Assembly: GCA_964016885.1 (NCBI GenBank)
Contig: OZ024751.1
Coordinates: 19,654,001 to 19,718,000 of the forward strand
Direction of reading: 5' to 3'
Length of the DNA stretch: 64,000 nt
Source: Eledone cirrhosa
Taxonomy: Eukaryota
Numbering within the stretch: position 1 is the first letter of the stretch; the number at the start of each line of letters is the position of its first letter. The notes under the pieces were generated by a model. That model had not been told where the DNA came from. It did no database searches and saw only the letters and a list, made by a program, of their open reading frames with translations. The position numbers were made by a program, and so were the translations under genes. Of this stretch, positions 13,790 to 26,490 are shown piece after piece.

Positions 13790-15232
13790 ATGATGATGAT
13801 GATGATGATGATGATATGGTGGTGGCGATGTTAGTGGTGGTGGTAATGGTAGTATCGATAAAGGAGTTGGTGATGGTATTGACAATAGAGCTGTTGTTGG
13901 TGGTGGTGATGGCGGTGTTGGTAGTGGTGGTGGTATTGCAGAAGCTGGTAGTGGTGACAGTGGTGGTGGTGGTGAAGTGTGGTGGCAATGGTGGTGTTGG
14001 TAGTAGTGGTGACGAAGGCGGTGGTATCTGAGGGTTTGGTAGTGTTGGTGAAGTGTGGTGGAGATAGTTGTGGTACCGGAGGAGGTGGTAGTGGTGGTAT
14101 CGGAGAGCTGGTAGTGGTGGGGTGGGGTGGTGGTGGTGGTAGGGGTGGTATCGGAGAGCTGGTAGTGGTGGTGGAGTGTGGTGGTATCGAAGAGCTGGTA
14201 GTGGTGGGGTGTGGTGGTGGTGGTGGTAGGGGTGGTATCGGAGAGCTGGTAGTGGTGGTGGAGTGTGGTGGTATCGAAGAGCTGGTAGTGGTGGGGTGTG
14301 GTGGTGGTGGTGGTAGTGGTGGTATCGGAGAGCTGGTAGTGGTGGGGTGGGGTGGTGGTGGTGGTAGGGGTGGTATCGGAGAGCTGGTAGTGGTGGTGGT
14401 AGTGGTATCGGAGAGCTGGTAGTGGTGGGGTGGGGTGGTGGTGGTGGTAGGGGTGGTATCGGAGAGCTGGTAGTGGTGGTGGAGTGTGGTGGTATCGAAG
14501 AGCTGGTAGTGGTGGGGTGTGGTGGTGGTGGTGGTAGGGGTGGTATCGGAGAGCTGGTAGTGGTGGTGGAGTGTGGTGGTATCGAAGAGCTGGTAGTGGT
14601 GGTGGTAGTGGTATCGGAGAGCTGGTAGTGGTATCAGTGGTGGTGGTAGTGATGGTGGTAGTGATGGTGGTAGTGATGGTGGTATCGAAGAGCTGGTAGT
14701 GGTGACAGTTGTGGTGGTAGTGGTATCGGAAAGCTGGTAGTGGTGTCAGTGGTGGTGGTAGTGATGGTGGAGTGTGGTGGTATCGAAGAGGTGGTAGTTG
14801 TAGTAGCATGGTGGTGGTAGCATGGTGGTAGTATGGTGGTGGTTGGGGTAGCATGGTGGTGGTGGTAGTATGGGGGTGGTTGTGGTAGCATGGTGGTGGT
14901 GGTAGCATGGTGGTGGTGGTAGCATGGTGGTAGTATGGTGGTGGTTGGGGTAGCATGGTGGTGGTGGTAGCATAGTGGTGGTGGTAGCATGGTGGTGGTA
15001 GTAGCATGGTGGTAGTGTGGTGGTGGTTGGGGTAGCATGGTGGTGGTGGTAGCATGGTGGTGGTTGTGGTAGCATGGTGGTGGTGGTAGCATGGTGGTAG
15101 TATGGTGGTGGTGGTTGGGGTAGCATGGTGGTGGTGGTGGTAGCATGGTGGTGGTGGTAGTATGGTGGTGGTTGTGGTAGCATGGTGGTGGTGGTAGCAT
15201 GGTGGTAGTAGTAGTATGGTGGTGGTGGTGCG
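13790..15232. repeat. GGT-based minisatellite arrays
   Basis: Units ggtatcggagagctggtagtggt and tagcatggtggtggtgg. Confidence 0.9.
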
Positions 15233-15335
15233 GGCAAAGATAGAGGGCCAGAAAGGGGGTTGTGGGGCTAGAGGTTCTATCATGTTGAGGGCTGGAGGGT
15301 CTCAAGCATGGCAGTGATGGGGTTGAGGGGGGGGG

Positions 15336-15367
<32 letters not shown>

Positions 15368-15595
15368 TTGTTGTTGTTGTTGTTGTTGCAGTTGGATATA
15401 AATAGTTTGACATTTCTGCCCCTTGGAAGTAGAAATGGTCTATGACTCTATCTGTGTGTCTGTTTGGGTAGGAAAAAGGGGGGACGGGTTGTCTGCCTGT
15501 CACCCCCCCCCCCCCTCCGCCCTGCAGTGAAAGAGAGGAAGAGAGTGCGATGAAGAAGAGAAGAAGAGGAAGATATGTGTGTATGAATATGTGTA

Positions 15596-15655
<60 letters not shown>

Positions 15656-15904
15656 GAGAGAGAGTAATAGAAATGTGAGGAAGAGTTTAAGTGGCTAACA
15701 TAGATTAAATAAGGGTAAAGTAACAAAAAAAAGAGGGAGAAGGAAGTAAGGCTTGTGTAGATAAGAAGGAAGTAATTGGCAGAGAGAGAGAGAGGGAGAG
15801 AGAGAGAGGGTGAGAGAGAGAGTGACTATCTGTTATATTTTAGTATAGATTTACAACTGATGCTATTTAAAGAATTGGTCCTTATCAACCACATTTACTG
15901 TGTA

Positions 15905-15946
<42 letters not shown>

Positions 15947-16089
15947 TATATTATATATATATAATATATATATAATATATATATATTATATATATATATA
16001 ATCATCATCATCATCGTTTAATGTCCATCTTCCACGCTTGCATGGGTTTGGACATATATATATATATATACAATATATATATATTAGAT

Positions 16090-16245
16090 AGTTTTAATAT
16101 AGATGAGATTCTACAGGACTAGAACTGTTTCATTCTTTAGAAATCATCAGGAATCTTTCATTCTTTAGAAATCATCAGGGATTCCTGATGATTTCTAAAG
16201 AATGAAACCATTCTAGTCCTGTAGAATCTCATCTATATTAAAACT
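16090..16245. repeat. 66-bp fold-back palindrome carrying CTGATGA..GAAA motif (family C)
   Basis: Arms 16090-16155/16180-16245 with a partial third copy between; single-arm relatives at 3843-3908 and 42020-42090. Confidence 0.75.
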
Positions 16246-16610
16246 TTTATACTCTGTAATGTATTGAGTACCTTACCTACTGTGGTTACCTCCGATTCAA
16301 CCCGGAATACCGTATATATTATATATATATATATATACAATATATGTATATATATACAATAACTTTCACTATAACTCTGGATATAATAATATTTTCTTTT
16401 TTCTCTCTTCTTTCTCTTTTTCTCTCTCTTCTTCCAACAGTATAATTTAAATAAACGGTTGTTTTTTCCATTTTTTTCAGACATTCATTTGCATACTCAC
16501 ACAGAACTTTGCATTACCCTCAATAAAAATTGTTTCCACTATCCAGCGAACCTTCGACTGTCAAGGTTGTTTTTCTACGAATATGTCAACATTTATAAAA
16601 CAAATTTTGT

Positions 16611-16673
16611 ATTTTATCTGATGAAAGCGCACCAAAACTGCCTTGGTTGCCCTTGAAATATATATAATAAAAT
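16611..16673 (+). ncRNA. Type I hammerhead (family B)
   Basis: AUUUUAU-CUGAUGA-long stem II (aag..accaa/uuggu..cuu)-GAAA-U auau-AUA-AUAAAAU; 7-bp stem I. Confidence 0.7.
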
Positions 16674-18964
16674 AATTATGCTTTTATAAATATAGTTTCC
16701 ATTTATTAATATATTGAATATTTACTCCAGTAAACTGTTGAGTGCTTTATATCAGTTATAACATTTTTAAGCTTGTTGAATCTCAACAAATTAAATATAA
16801 CTTCTGCATATATTCTCATATATATATATATATATGAGAATAAACGTGCTGCGTGGTTGCAAATGGGTTACATATGAATAAAGTTAGTCCTTCATCAGTG
16901 ATCTTTCAACCATCATTGGTATTTCATCGCTTTAAAGACCATATACCTCCGGTTGGTGCGAGCAACGGCTAAAAAAAGTCGTTGGGACACGTAAATAAAG
17001 GGGACATGAGAGTGTAAACAAACAAAGATGGTGAAGCAACGAAAAGTGAGGAAGAACGAGTCAAGTCCAAAATTTCCATGAATATAAGTTCGGTGAAATC
17101 GTGAACGAGAGAGAATAAAGACCATCAAACCTGGTTGGAATATGAGCAAGGAAGGAATTCCGTACAGGTCTAACGGGAGGATATATATATATATATATAT
17201 ATTTATAGAATTAAAGGCAAAGTTGACCCTTGTGGGATTTTAAATCTGAACATAAAGAAAGTGTTGGAAAAGATAGTGTCCCACACTAACATCTCTGCTG
17301 ATACACCACTCTGAGTTACCTAACTAATAATTGTTTCTACTTTAGGCACAAGGCCAGCAATTACCCAGTGCATTACTGGTACTTTATTTTATCGACCCCG
17401 TAAGGATGAAAGGCAAAGTCAACCTCGGCAGGATTTGAACTCAGATCGTAAAGGGACGTAACTATGCTGGAAAGCATGGCGTCCGACCCTCTACCGATAC
17501 TGCCAATCCACCAATGGTTTCTAATATAGGCACAAGGCCAGCAATTTGGGGGGAGGGGGAAGTCGATTAAATCGACCCCAGTGTTCGACTAGTACTTTAT
17601 TTTATCGACCCCGTAAGGATGAAAGGCAAAGTTAACCTCAGCGGGATTTGAACTCAGACCATAAAGGGCGGTAACTCTATGCTGCAAAGCATGATGTCCG
17701 ACTCTCTACCGATACTGCCAATCCACCGCCCTTACCTAACTAATAATGAAACTTGAAGTAAAACTTTTTTTTTTTTTTTACTTTAGTGGGTCTTGTCAGA
17801 AGCAACCGAGATCAGCTAAACTCATGGAGGCCGGCAGGAGACCCAGCGGTAGACCCTGAGCAAGATGGTTGTTTGAGGGTTCTTCCGCCACAACCAACAC
17901 AGGAATAAGTGGGTGAAGAAGAAGTAAAATAAAAATAAAAAGAAGAAAAAGTAAAACTTAACTGGTGTATATGTGTGATTTTATTGGCAATATGACCCTT
18001 TTAAAGTATAACAATATCAGTTTCAACACATGATTTCACATCAAAGATCTTACAAAACAAATATAAAAATACATTAAAAAATGTTAAGAGTTAAATAAGT
18101 AAACCAGATCCTGAATGTAGCTTCTCCATCATCATAATCATCATCATCATCATCATCATCTTCATCATCATCGTCGTCAACATCATTATTTTAACATCTA
18201 CTTTCCCTGCTAGCAAGAGTTGGATGGGTCTACATAGACCAAGTCAGTACTGAAGTGGGGCTACTGACCTTGCAGACAGGCCAAGGGGTCTGCATCTCGC
18301 TTATGTATAGTCTTAATAGCAAGTTCATATTAAATACCCAACCCATTTTCAAGGAAGCAGTCATCAGCCTCAAGCCCTTCCTTTTGCTCTCTAGAGATTC
18401 AGAAAATTGTATTGTGTAATGTTTGTTTATCACTTTTATTAATTAAGAGCAAATGAAGTGGAACAAAAATAAAAATAGCCCCCTCTCCTTCTCCCAGCGA
18501 TTATAAACAAGTAGTTAGGGTGTTGGACTTATAATCATAATGTCGTGGGTTCAATTCCTGGACTTGGTTGTGTTATGTTATGTTGCTCCAGTACACTCAG
18601 CTGAAAATGAGTACCAGCTATAACTGGGGGTTTAATCCTGTGATGGACATGTGTTCAGTCTAGGGGACAGTCTTGTACTCTCAGTTGTTTAACTCCATGG
18701 AAACCAGGATAAGCACTGGCCTGATAAACCTTCAGGCTTGTGACAGACTTTAGTCAGCAGGCTTGGGTTTACCTGGTGGGGCTGAGGGTCAGTTAGGAAG
18801 ATGAGAGAAGCTATCTTTCCATCTACTCCTTACTTTCTTTATATCACAAGAATAATTGATAGTAAAGGACTAGACTGAAAAATATGAACCCCAACAAAAA
18901 ATTACAAAAAAATAAGCCACAATCAAAACAAAATAAATTTCAGTATTAACCCATTTCAATATTT

Positions 18965-19480
18965 TGGTGTGGGGTAGTGTGATGTTGTGTGGTGTGTTGT
19001 AATGTGTTGTGTGGTGTGGTGTAGTGTGTTGTAATGTGTTGTGTGGTGTGGTGTAGTGTAGTGTGTTGTGGTATGATGTTGTGTGGTGTTGTGAGGTGTA
19101 GTGTATTGTGTTGTGGTATGATGATGTGTGGGGTGTTGTGGTATGATGCTGTGTGGGGGGTTGTGGTGTGGTGTTGTGCAGTGTGGTGTAGTATGCTGTG
19201 GTGTAGTATAGTGTGTTGTGATATGATGCTGTGTGGGGGGTTGTGGTGTAGTGTAGTGTGTTGTAGTGTAATGTGGCTGGCTTGCTGTGCTGTTCTGTGG
19301 TGGGTTGTGCTGTGGTGTAGTGCAATGTGATGTGGTGTAGTGTAGTGTTGTGTGGTGTGGTGTAGTGTTGTGTGGTGTGGTGTAGTGCAATGTGATGTGG
19401 TGTAGTGTAATGTGATGTGGTATGGTGGTCTGCTGTGCTACTCTGTGGTGTGTTGTAGTGTGATATGGTATGGTGTTGGG
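18965..19480. repeat. Degenerate pentanucleotide (GTGTG/GTAGT) repeat just 3' of the SDR stop codon
   Basis: Directly visible. Confidence 0.85.
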
Positions 19481-19525
19481 TGGTCTGCTTCACTGTCCTG
19501 GGGAGGGTTGTGGTGTTGTGCAGCA

Positions 19526-19684
19526 TTATCGCGGGCACATGGCATGTCGTCCCCCATCAACTGGTAGTAATGCACCAGTAATGTAGGAACTGGCACCTGA
19601 AGCTAAGAAGGCAATGGCGTTGGCCACTTCATCAGCTTGACCAGTACGTCCAAGGGCGTGTGTCTGCTTGGATTTCTCCAGAAA
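19526..19684 (-). CDS. SDR exon 9 (terminal coding exon)
   Basis: atttcag acceptor; FLEKSKQTHALGRTGQADEVANAIAFLASGASSYITGALLPVDGGRHAMCPR*; summed CDS 789 nt = 262 aa + stop. Confidence 0.93.
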   Translation of the reverse strand, partial: FLEKSKQTHALGRTGQADEVANAIAFLASGASSYITGALLPVDGGRHAMCPR

Positions 19685-19723
19685 CTGAAATAAATACAAA
19701 CATAAATATATATATATATATAT

Positions 19724-19925
19724 ATAGGAAAATGTTTGACCCCGACGGCAGAGCTCAAGCCGTTTCGACGGCTATTTCTGCACAGTCCAGAAATAGCCGT
19801 CGAAATGGCTTGAGCTCTGCCGTCGGGGTCAAACATTTTCCTATTACCCACTCTACTACCTTAAGGATTGAGTACTCTGGTGCGTTATGGTCCATCTGGT
19901 TCCTTACCACATTTCCTTCGTTATA
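19724..19925 (-). mobile_element. ~200-bp hairpin element (family D) in (TA)n, SDR intron 8
   Basis: 57-bp near-perfect inverted arms 19724-19780/19788-19844; TATAACGAAGG terminus; homologs near 45809, 48270 and 53525. Confidence 0.7.
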
Positions 19926-19931
19926 TATACA

Positions 19932-19969
<38 letters not shown>

Positions 19970-20029
19970 AACACATGTGCAAAGAGACATAACAAATACA
20001 GCAAATCATTTTCTCTCTCTATATATATG

Positions 20030-20065
<36 letters not shown>

Positions 20066-20469
20066 CAGTATATATATATATATACATTATATATATATAT
20101 ATATACACATGTAAACACACACACATATATATGAAGGCACATAGTTTCGTGGTTAGAGCATTAGGCTTGTAATTAAGAGTTTGTGAGTTCAATTCTCAGA
20201 CCGGGTGATGTGTTGTTTCCTTGAGCAAGACACTTTATTTCACATTGTCCCAGTTTATTCAGCTGTTGAAATGAGTTGTGATGTCACTGGTGCCAAGCTG
20301 TACTGGCCATTGCCTTTCCCTTGGATAACATCGGTGGCATGGAGAAGGGAGACTGGTATGCAAAGTCTTATTAGTTTATTACATATGTATGTTATATGTT
20401 AGTGGTTGTGAGAGCAGTGGCAGTGTTGATATAAAGATATCAAATGGAAAGATATATAAATGTACTTAC

Positions 20470-20533
20470 TTTGATGTAGGCTTCATCACTTAGTCCACCT
20501 CTTTTCTGTAGTTCTGTAACAATTACTCCAGGA
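20470..20533 (-). CDS. SDR exon 8
   Basis: aaacag acceptor, gtaagt donor; (N)PGVIVTELQKRGGLSDEAYIK. Confidence 0.9.
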
Positions 20534-20850
20534 CTGTTTAATAAATAATAATAATAATTGTTTCTACTTTAGGCACAAGGCCAGCAAATACCCAGTGCAT
20601 TACTGGTACTTTATTTTATCGACACCGTAAGGATGAAAAGCAAAGTCAACCTCGACGGGATTTGAACTCAGATCGTGAAGGGACGTAACTTATATATATA
20701 TATATTTAATACAATAACAGAGATAGTTTAAAGCTAAACTCTGACTGGTAACCATCTCACTCAACAAACATTAGGTTATATTAAAATATAAACCCAATTT
20801 AAGTGTTTGGGGTGCTAACAATATGTATAATGTGGAAAAACCAGTTGTAT

Positions 20851-20887
<37 letters not shown>

Positions 20888-21857
20888 AGGAAAAAGAAAA
20901 ACGTTCTCTATCTAGTTCAAGAGAGGTAATTTATTATGTATTACGCTACCCTAAGTTTCCAAGCACAACTGCAGACTGCACACGGCATTGTAGAATATAG
21001 GAAGCAGCAGTATAAGACTAAGGTAATGCGATACAAGAATCATATATATATATATATATATATGTTCATTTATTATGGATAAGTAGTGAGTCTTGTTACA
21101 CTGGAGCTTCCCCTGCACACCAAGAATATCATCAGACATTACACGAGTCTTGTATAAACCTGGGAATGTGCAGGGGAAACATCAGAGTAACAAGACTCAG
21201 TACTTAGCCAAAACAAATGAATATTTAAACTCTACTTCAGTATGGAGTACTTTTTTCCTCTCGTTCAATTATATACATGAATACATATATATATATATCA
21301 TCGTTTAATGTCCATTTTCCACGCTAGTATGGATTACACACACACACATACATACATATATATATAAGCCACAAAGCATTTCATTCGACGCTCTATCGAT
21401 TCTACCAATCCACTGCTGCTTCCTTTCATGTTGATAATGAAATCCTATTTCCGACTACTGGCAGTGGCAACTTGCAGGGGAGAGAACTCTGAGGAAACCT
21501 CTCTCTCACCGATACTCCACTATTCCACTGGACCATTTTCATTCCCATTCTTTCCAGCATTCTCTGCTGTTCCATGTCCATCACACATGTTGCCCTACAT
21601 TCTCCCATCATGCTGCTCCATGTTCATCCATCATGTTGCTCCATGTTCATTCACCATATCCCTCCACATTCATCCATCATATCGCTCCATGTTCCCTTCC
21701 TCATAAATCTCCACATTCATTAATGCATCAGGCCTCATGTTGCTCCATGTTCATGCATCATGTTGCTCCACATTCATCCATCATGTCACTCCACGTTCAT
21801 CCTCCATGTCACCTCCACCCCATAAAGAAATTCATATGTTACAGATATTTTACTTAC

Positions 21858-21894
21858 TTGACACTGTTAACTCTGACCTGTTTTGGTGCCAACT
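21858..21894 (-). CDS. SDR exon 7
   Basis: ttctag acceptor, gtaagt donor; (E)LAPKQVRVNSV(N). Confidence 0.9.
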
Positions 21895-22549
21895 CTAGAA
21901 ACAATAGATAAAAAACAATATTCAATAAAACTTTGATTTAGAAATAATACTGTATGTAACTGGTGCAACTCTTTTGATATCGACCAACCTAAAACTGGCT
22001 CTGGGTCAGTGAAATAAAACCAGGGCTGAATTTATAGCAGGGTGAATGGGGCATTTATCCCAGGTCCCCTCCATCATCTGGGAGCCCTATTGGTGGGGTC
22101 GATAAAATAAAGTACCAGTAATGCACTGGGTAATTGCTGGCCTTGTGCCAAATGTAGAAACAATTATTATTATTACTATATATTTGTTGATTATATATAT
22201 AAAATTGTATTCATTGATTAATCAACAAACCATATTAATCTTTGGTTATATATATACATTTTTTTCCATAATAGACATGAGAAGTACTCAGCACATGTTG
22301 TATAAACAATCCGTCAGTTCACTGCTTTTCTCTTATAGTGAAGTGTGTGGTAGGTGAGGGAACCACCCATGGTTGAGCTAGTCATGGTTTTTTTGGCAAA
22401 GTTTTCTGGTTGGATGCTCTTCTTCTGACCAACCACTTTACAACATGGACTGGGTGGATTTTATTGTGCCAGCAGCTCCAGAGAGATTGTCTGACAGGAA
22501 TTAAGGGTCCTCTCTACCTTGTATCAGTTTTTATTCGGGGGCATAGTCC

Positions 22550-22920
22550 ACACTGTAAAGTAGTTGTGTTGGTGTCATGACAAAAAGTGCCCAATCCACA
22601 CTGTAGAGTGGTTGTGTTGGTGTTACAACGAAAAGTGCCCAAACCACATTGTAGAGTGGTCATGTTGGTGTCACAACAAAACGTACTCAATCCACACTGT
22701 AAAGTGGTTGTGTTGATGCCATGATAAAAAGCACCCGGCCAACACTGTAATGTGGTTGATGTTAGGAAGGGCATCTAGCTGTAGAACCCAAGCCAGAAAC
22801 GCTCTGTATGAGCAAGACACCATCATCTGATCTGACTTGTCTCACAATGGGACAACTCGTCTAACCCATGCTAGCGTGGAAAATGGATGTTAAATGGTGG
22901 TGGTGATAATGATGATGATT
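22550..22920 (+). repeat. SINE/LINE-tail family 3 with internal ~39-bp tandem amplification
   Basis: Repeated aaaagtgcccaatccacactgtaaagtggttgtg, then ttaggaagggcatc..ccatgctagc.tggaaaatggatgttaaatg(atg)n; relatives at 25380-25720, 33180-33395, 52245-52395. Confidence 0.65.
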
Positions 22921-22962
22921 GCTCTTCTAGATGGGTTGCCTTTATCAAATTCCATACTGTAC

Positions 22963-23032
22963 CTAATGCTGTGCACAGTGTCATCTGGTCTAAAGCACTC
23001 TTGGACATACAATAAGAGAGAACTCCTGGAAA
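22963..23032 (-). CDS. SDR exon 6
   Basis: tttccag acceptor, gtacag donor; FPGVLSYCMSKSALDQMTLCTAL with catalytic YxxxK (YCMSK). Confidence 0.93.
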
Positions 23033-23099
23033 CTGGAAAGAAGAAAAAAACAAAACAATGAGTACCAATCATAAAGAGGACATATTTGTGGTGTTAGAC

Positions 23100-23375
23100 A
23101 CTAAATTTTGATTTGGATGTGTGAAGTGTAATGCTGCATGGTAATGAGACATGGGCAGTGACTGCTGAGGACATGCATAGACTGGGGAGAAATGAAGTAA
23201 CCATGCTGCATAGGATGTGTAATGTAAATGTGATAGAAAGGCAGAGCTTGGATGCAGTGAGAGAGAAACTGGGTTCAAGAGGAATCAGAAGGGGTGTGCA
23301 AGAGAGAAGACTGCATTGGTATGGACATGTGATGCGCATGGATGATGATCAGTGGGTGAAGAAGTGCCAAGAAAT
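23100..23375 (+). mobile_element. RTE-clade LINE 3' fragment in SDR intron 5
   Basis: MLHGNETWAV..RNE..ML..MCNV...VQERRLHWYGHVMRMDD matches the RTE ORF C-terminus. Confidence 0.75.
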
Positions 23376-23564
23376 CAACTACTGCTACTACTACTACTAT
23401 TATTAGTGCAGCTGCTACTGTTGTTACCAAGATGATGAATGAGGAGAAGACAAATTGAAGTTGTAATCATGGAATTATTACATTACATATTTTTTTAACT
23501 ATACACACCATCTTTGACAGTTTCTATGCTAGTATATATATATTACACATAAGGAAATACTCAC

Positions 23565-23658
23565 AGATCTTAGTCCATTAACACTTGATACATTGACAAT
23601 GTTTCCTTTAGTATCCACCAGATGGGGTACAGCTAACATTGTTAATTGATATATAGAC
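23565..23658 (-). CDS. SDR exon 5
   Basis: ttttag acceptor, gtgagt donor; SIYQLTMLAVPHLVDTKGNIVNVSSVNGLRS, containing the catalytic Ser region. Confidence 0.93.
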
Positions 23659-23689
23659 CTAAAATAGAGATCAGTTTAAATCAAATAAA

Positions 23690-23975
23690 TGATTAATCTA
23701 TGCTCAAATGACTGGTTAATCTAAGACTTAAATAACTAGTTAATCTAAGGCTCAACTAACTGGTTAATCTAAAGCTTAAATATCTGGTTAATCTAAGACC
23801 TAAATAGTTGGTTAATTTAAGGCTCAACTAACTGGTTAATCTAATGATCAACTAACTGGTTAATTTAAGTCTCAACTAATTAGTTAATCTTAGGATCAAC
23901 TAATTGGTTAATCTTAGTTTCAACTAACTAGTTAATTTAAGGCTCACCTAACTGGTTAATCTAATGCTCAAATGT
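23690..23975. repeat. ~24-bp minisatellite in SDR intron 4
   Basis: caactaactggttaatctaaggct repeated ~11 times, ending ~30 bp from the exon 5 acceptor. Confidence 0.85.
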
Positions 23976-24291
23976 TTAATTAATCTCAGATCAGGTTTAA
24001 ATAATAAAACCAACAGATTGAAATGATAATTGAATCTAGGTTTGAAATGGTCATTCAACTCTTCCATGAGTGTATTTCTAATGAAGAATCATTAATTATT
24101 TTCTGACTGTGATATTAACTTAACACATGTCACTAAAACCAGGGAGTGTCTTTTAAAAAGGGGCATCTAATAGGCCAGCAAATACAGTAAGTATGAATAT
24201 TTTAAAATGAGAAATTTTGTATAATAAAACTAGAGAAGGTTTCAGGCAGGTTGAGATCAAAAGAGTTAAATGAATGAATCAATGTTCTCAC

Positions 24292-24377
24292 CTGACATTG
24301 ATATTGAAAACCTCATCATATTGTTTTAATGATGTATTTTCTATAGATCCAAAGTCTATAATACCAGCACAGTTGAC
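24292..24377 (-). CDS. SDR exon 4
   Basis: tttcag acceptor, gtgaga donor; VNCAGIIDFGSIENTSLKQYDEVFNINV(R), containing an NNAG-like motif. Confidence 0.93.
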
Positions 24378-26056
24378 CTGAAACAAGTGAAAATAGAAAT
24401 AGATATTTGTCATAAATAAACGATAGGTTGAAATATTAAACCACAGGCTTACTGTATATCTCACTGTATTCTTTCTAGTCTCAAGCCAGGAGGCTCATGA
24501 GGCTGGTATTTATCCTAGTTTCCGTGGTGTGAAACGACTGAGTACAAGACTTCCCCCTGGACAGGACACCAATCTATCATGGGGTCGAAGTCCATTTCGA
24601 GTCCAGAGGTTCATCAGGTCAATGCTTATCTTGGTTTCTGTGGTGTGAAGTGACTGAGAGTACAAGATTTCCCTTGGACAAGATGCCAGTTAAATCCCCA
24701 GCAATTGCTGGTACTCGTTTTCAGCTGAAGCAATGTAAAATGAAGTGTTTTGTTTAAGAACACAACATACAACCCTGTCCAGGAATCGAACTCACGACAT
24801 TATGATCATAAGTCCAATATCTTCACCACTAGGTGATGCACCTACAATATTGCTGAGTGAAATAAATGCAGTCTCTAATGAAATTATTTATCAGTTTACA
24901 AAATTTTAGTTAAATTTTAATCACCCATTTTAAAGGGTTCCAATTGCATTTATCTACTCCACAAATTTGATGTAAAACTGCCTATGTTCTATACCATAAG
25001 TAAAATACAACTGTAAAAGTTTTTTCTTTTAAAAAACAAAGAACCCTTGCTAGCAGGGAGAGCAGGGATTAAAATGACAATGATGATCATGAAGTAAGAA
25101 TTATTCATCTTGAAAAATATATCATTTCAAATCTTGTGATCATGAGCTCAAACCTTACTATAGCTATTGCATCTTCAGACAAGGTATATAATACTATTTA
25201 CCTTAATGAACCTGACTGACAAACGAACAGGTTTCACTTTAGCTTAATTCCAAATACTATCTCGTATCAAACATGCAATTTAATGTATCAAACAGCAAAA
25301 CTACTGTAAACAAATGGTTGGAGATTAAATGGCTATCACATAGGGTAGAAAAAGAACTCTTTGGTGAGAATATGACAATCTCTCTAGTGCTGATGCCACA
25401 ATAAAATGCACCCAGTACACTCTGGGAAGAGATTGATGATAAAAGAGAGACAACATAGGGCAGAAAGAACCATTTAGGCGTGTTGAGGACATGATAACCT
25501 CTCTGGTGCTGGTGCCATGATAAAAAAGCACCCAGTACACTCTATAAAGTGGTTTATGATCAAATGGAGACAATATAAGGCAGAGCAGGCTCTTCAGTCA
25601 TGTTGAGGATATGACAACTTCTGTAGGGATGGTGCCATGATAAAAAGCACCTAGTACACTCTGTGAAGTGGTTCGTGTTAGGAAGAACATCCAGCTATAG
25701 AAACCTTGCCAAAATAAAACTTACAAGTGAAACTTGGCTTTCCAACTTATCAAGGAGAGAAGTAACTCCAAATAAGAACTGACTTTGATTGTTACAACAG
25801 CTTTTTGTCGTGGTGCCAGCACTACCATCTTACAGTGTGGGCTGGAGTTTTTTGTCATGGTACGGGCATAACTGCTTTACAGTGTGAACTGGGTACTTTT
25901 TAATCATAGTACCAGCATTATCGCCTTACAGTGTGGACAGTGCTTTTTGTCATGACTGCTATACACAGTGGACTGGGTGCTTTATATATAAAACTGAACT
26001 AAAACACATTGAAAGTAGATAACAGGTAATGTTAATTTGTCTAACATGACACTTAC

Positions 26057-26149
26057 CAGAATATCAAGTTTTTTGAAATGTGAAATAGTAGAATTTACTA
26101 CCATTTTTGTGTCATCTTCTTTAACCAGATCAGCAGGTAACAACAATGG
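26057..26149 (-). CDS. SDR exon 3
   Basis: ctttcag acceptor, gtaagt donor; PLLLPADLVKEDDTKMVVNSTISHFKKLDIL. Confidence 0.92.
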
Positions 26150-26490
26150 CTGAAAGTGAAAACAATAAAATATAAAAAATAGCAAATCAAAAACAAAATT
26201 AAAAACTTTCTGTCTTTGATAGGAGAAACACCAACCTGTGACAGGTAAACTGGACCTCAATATATTCATAAGTCATAGTCAGTCATAATCATAGCGATAG
26301 TGATAGTCAAAAGCCATATGTCACCCTATATGATAGTTTATTCAGCTTATAGGTAAATCCAACACAGTCAATGCACTTATAACTCTGCCACATTAGACCG
26401 TCTTATCTGGACATCTAATTCAGGTAAAGGAAAAAAAAAAAAAAAAAAGGCAAAGGGAGACAACTTCAAATTTGTCTTATTTTATTTTAC

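Noticed and set aside
16880-16905. CTGATGA on the minus strand (also at ~41485 and ~46150)
   Set aside because: No properly placed GAAA/NUH or closing stems; not called as ribozymes
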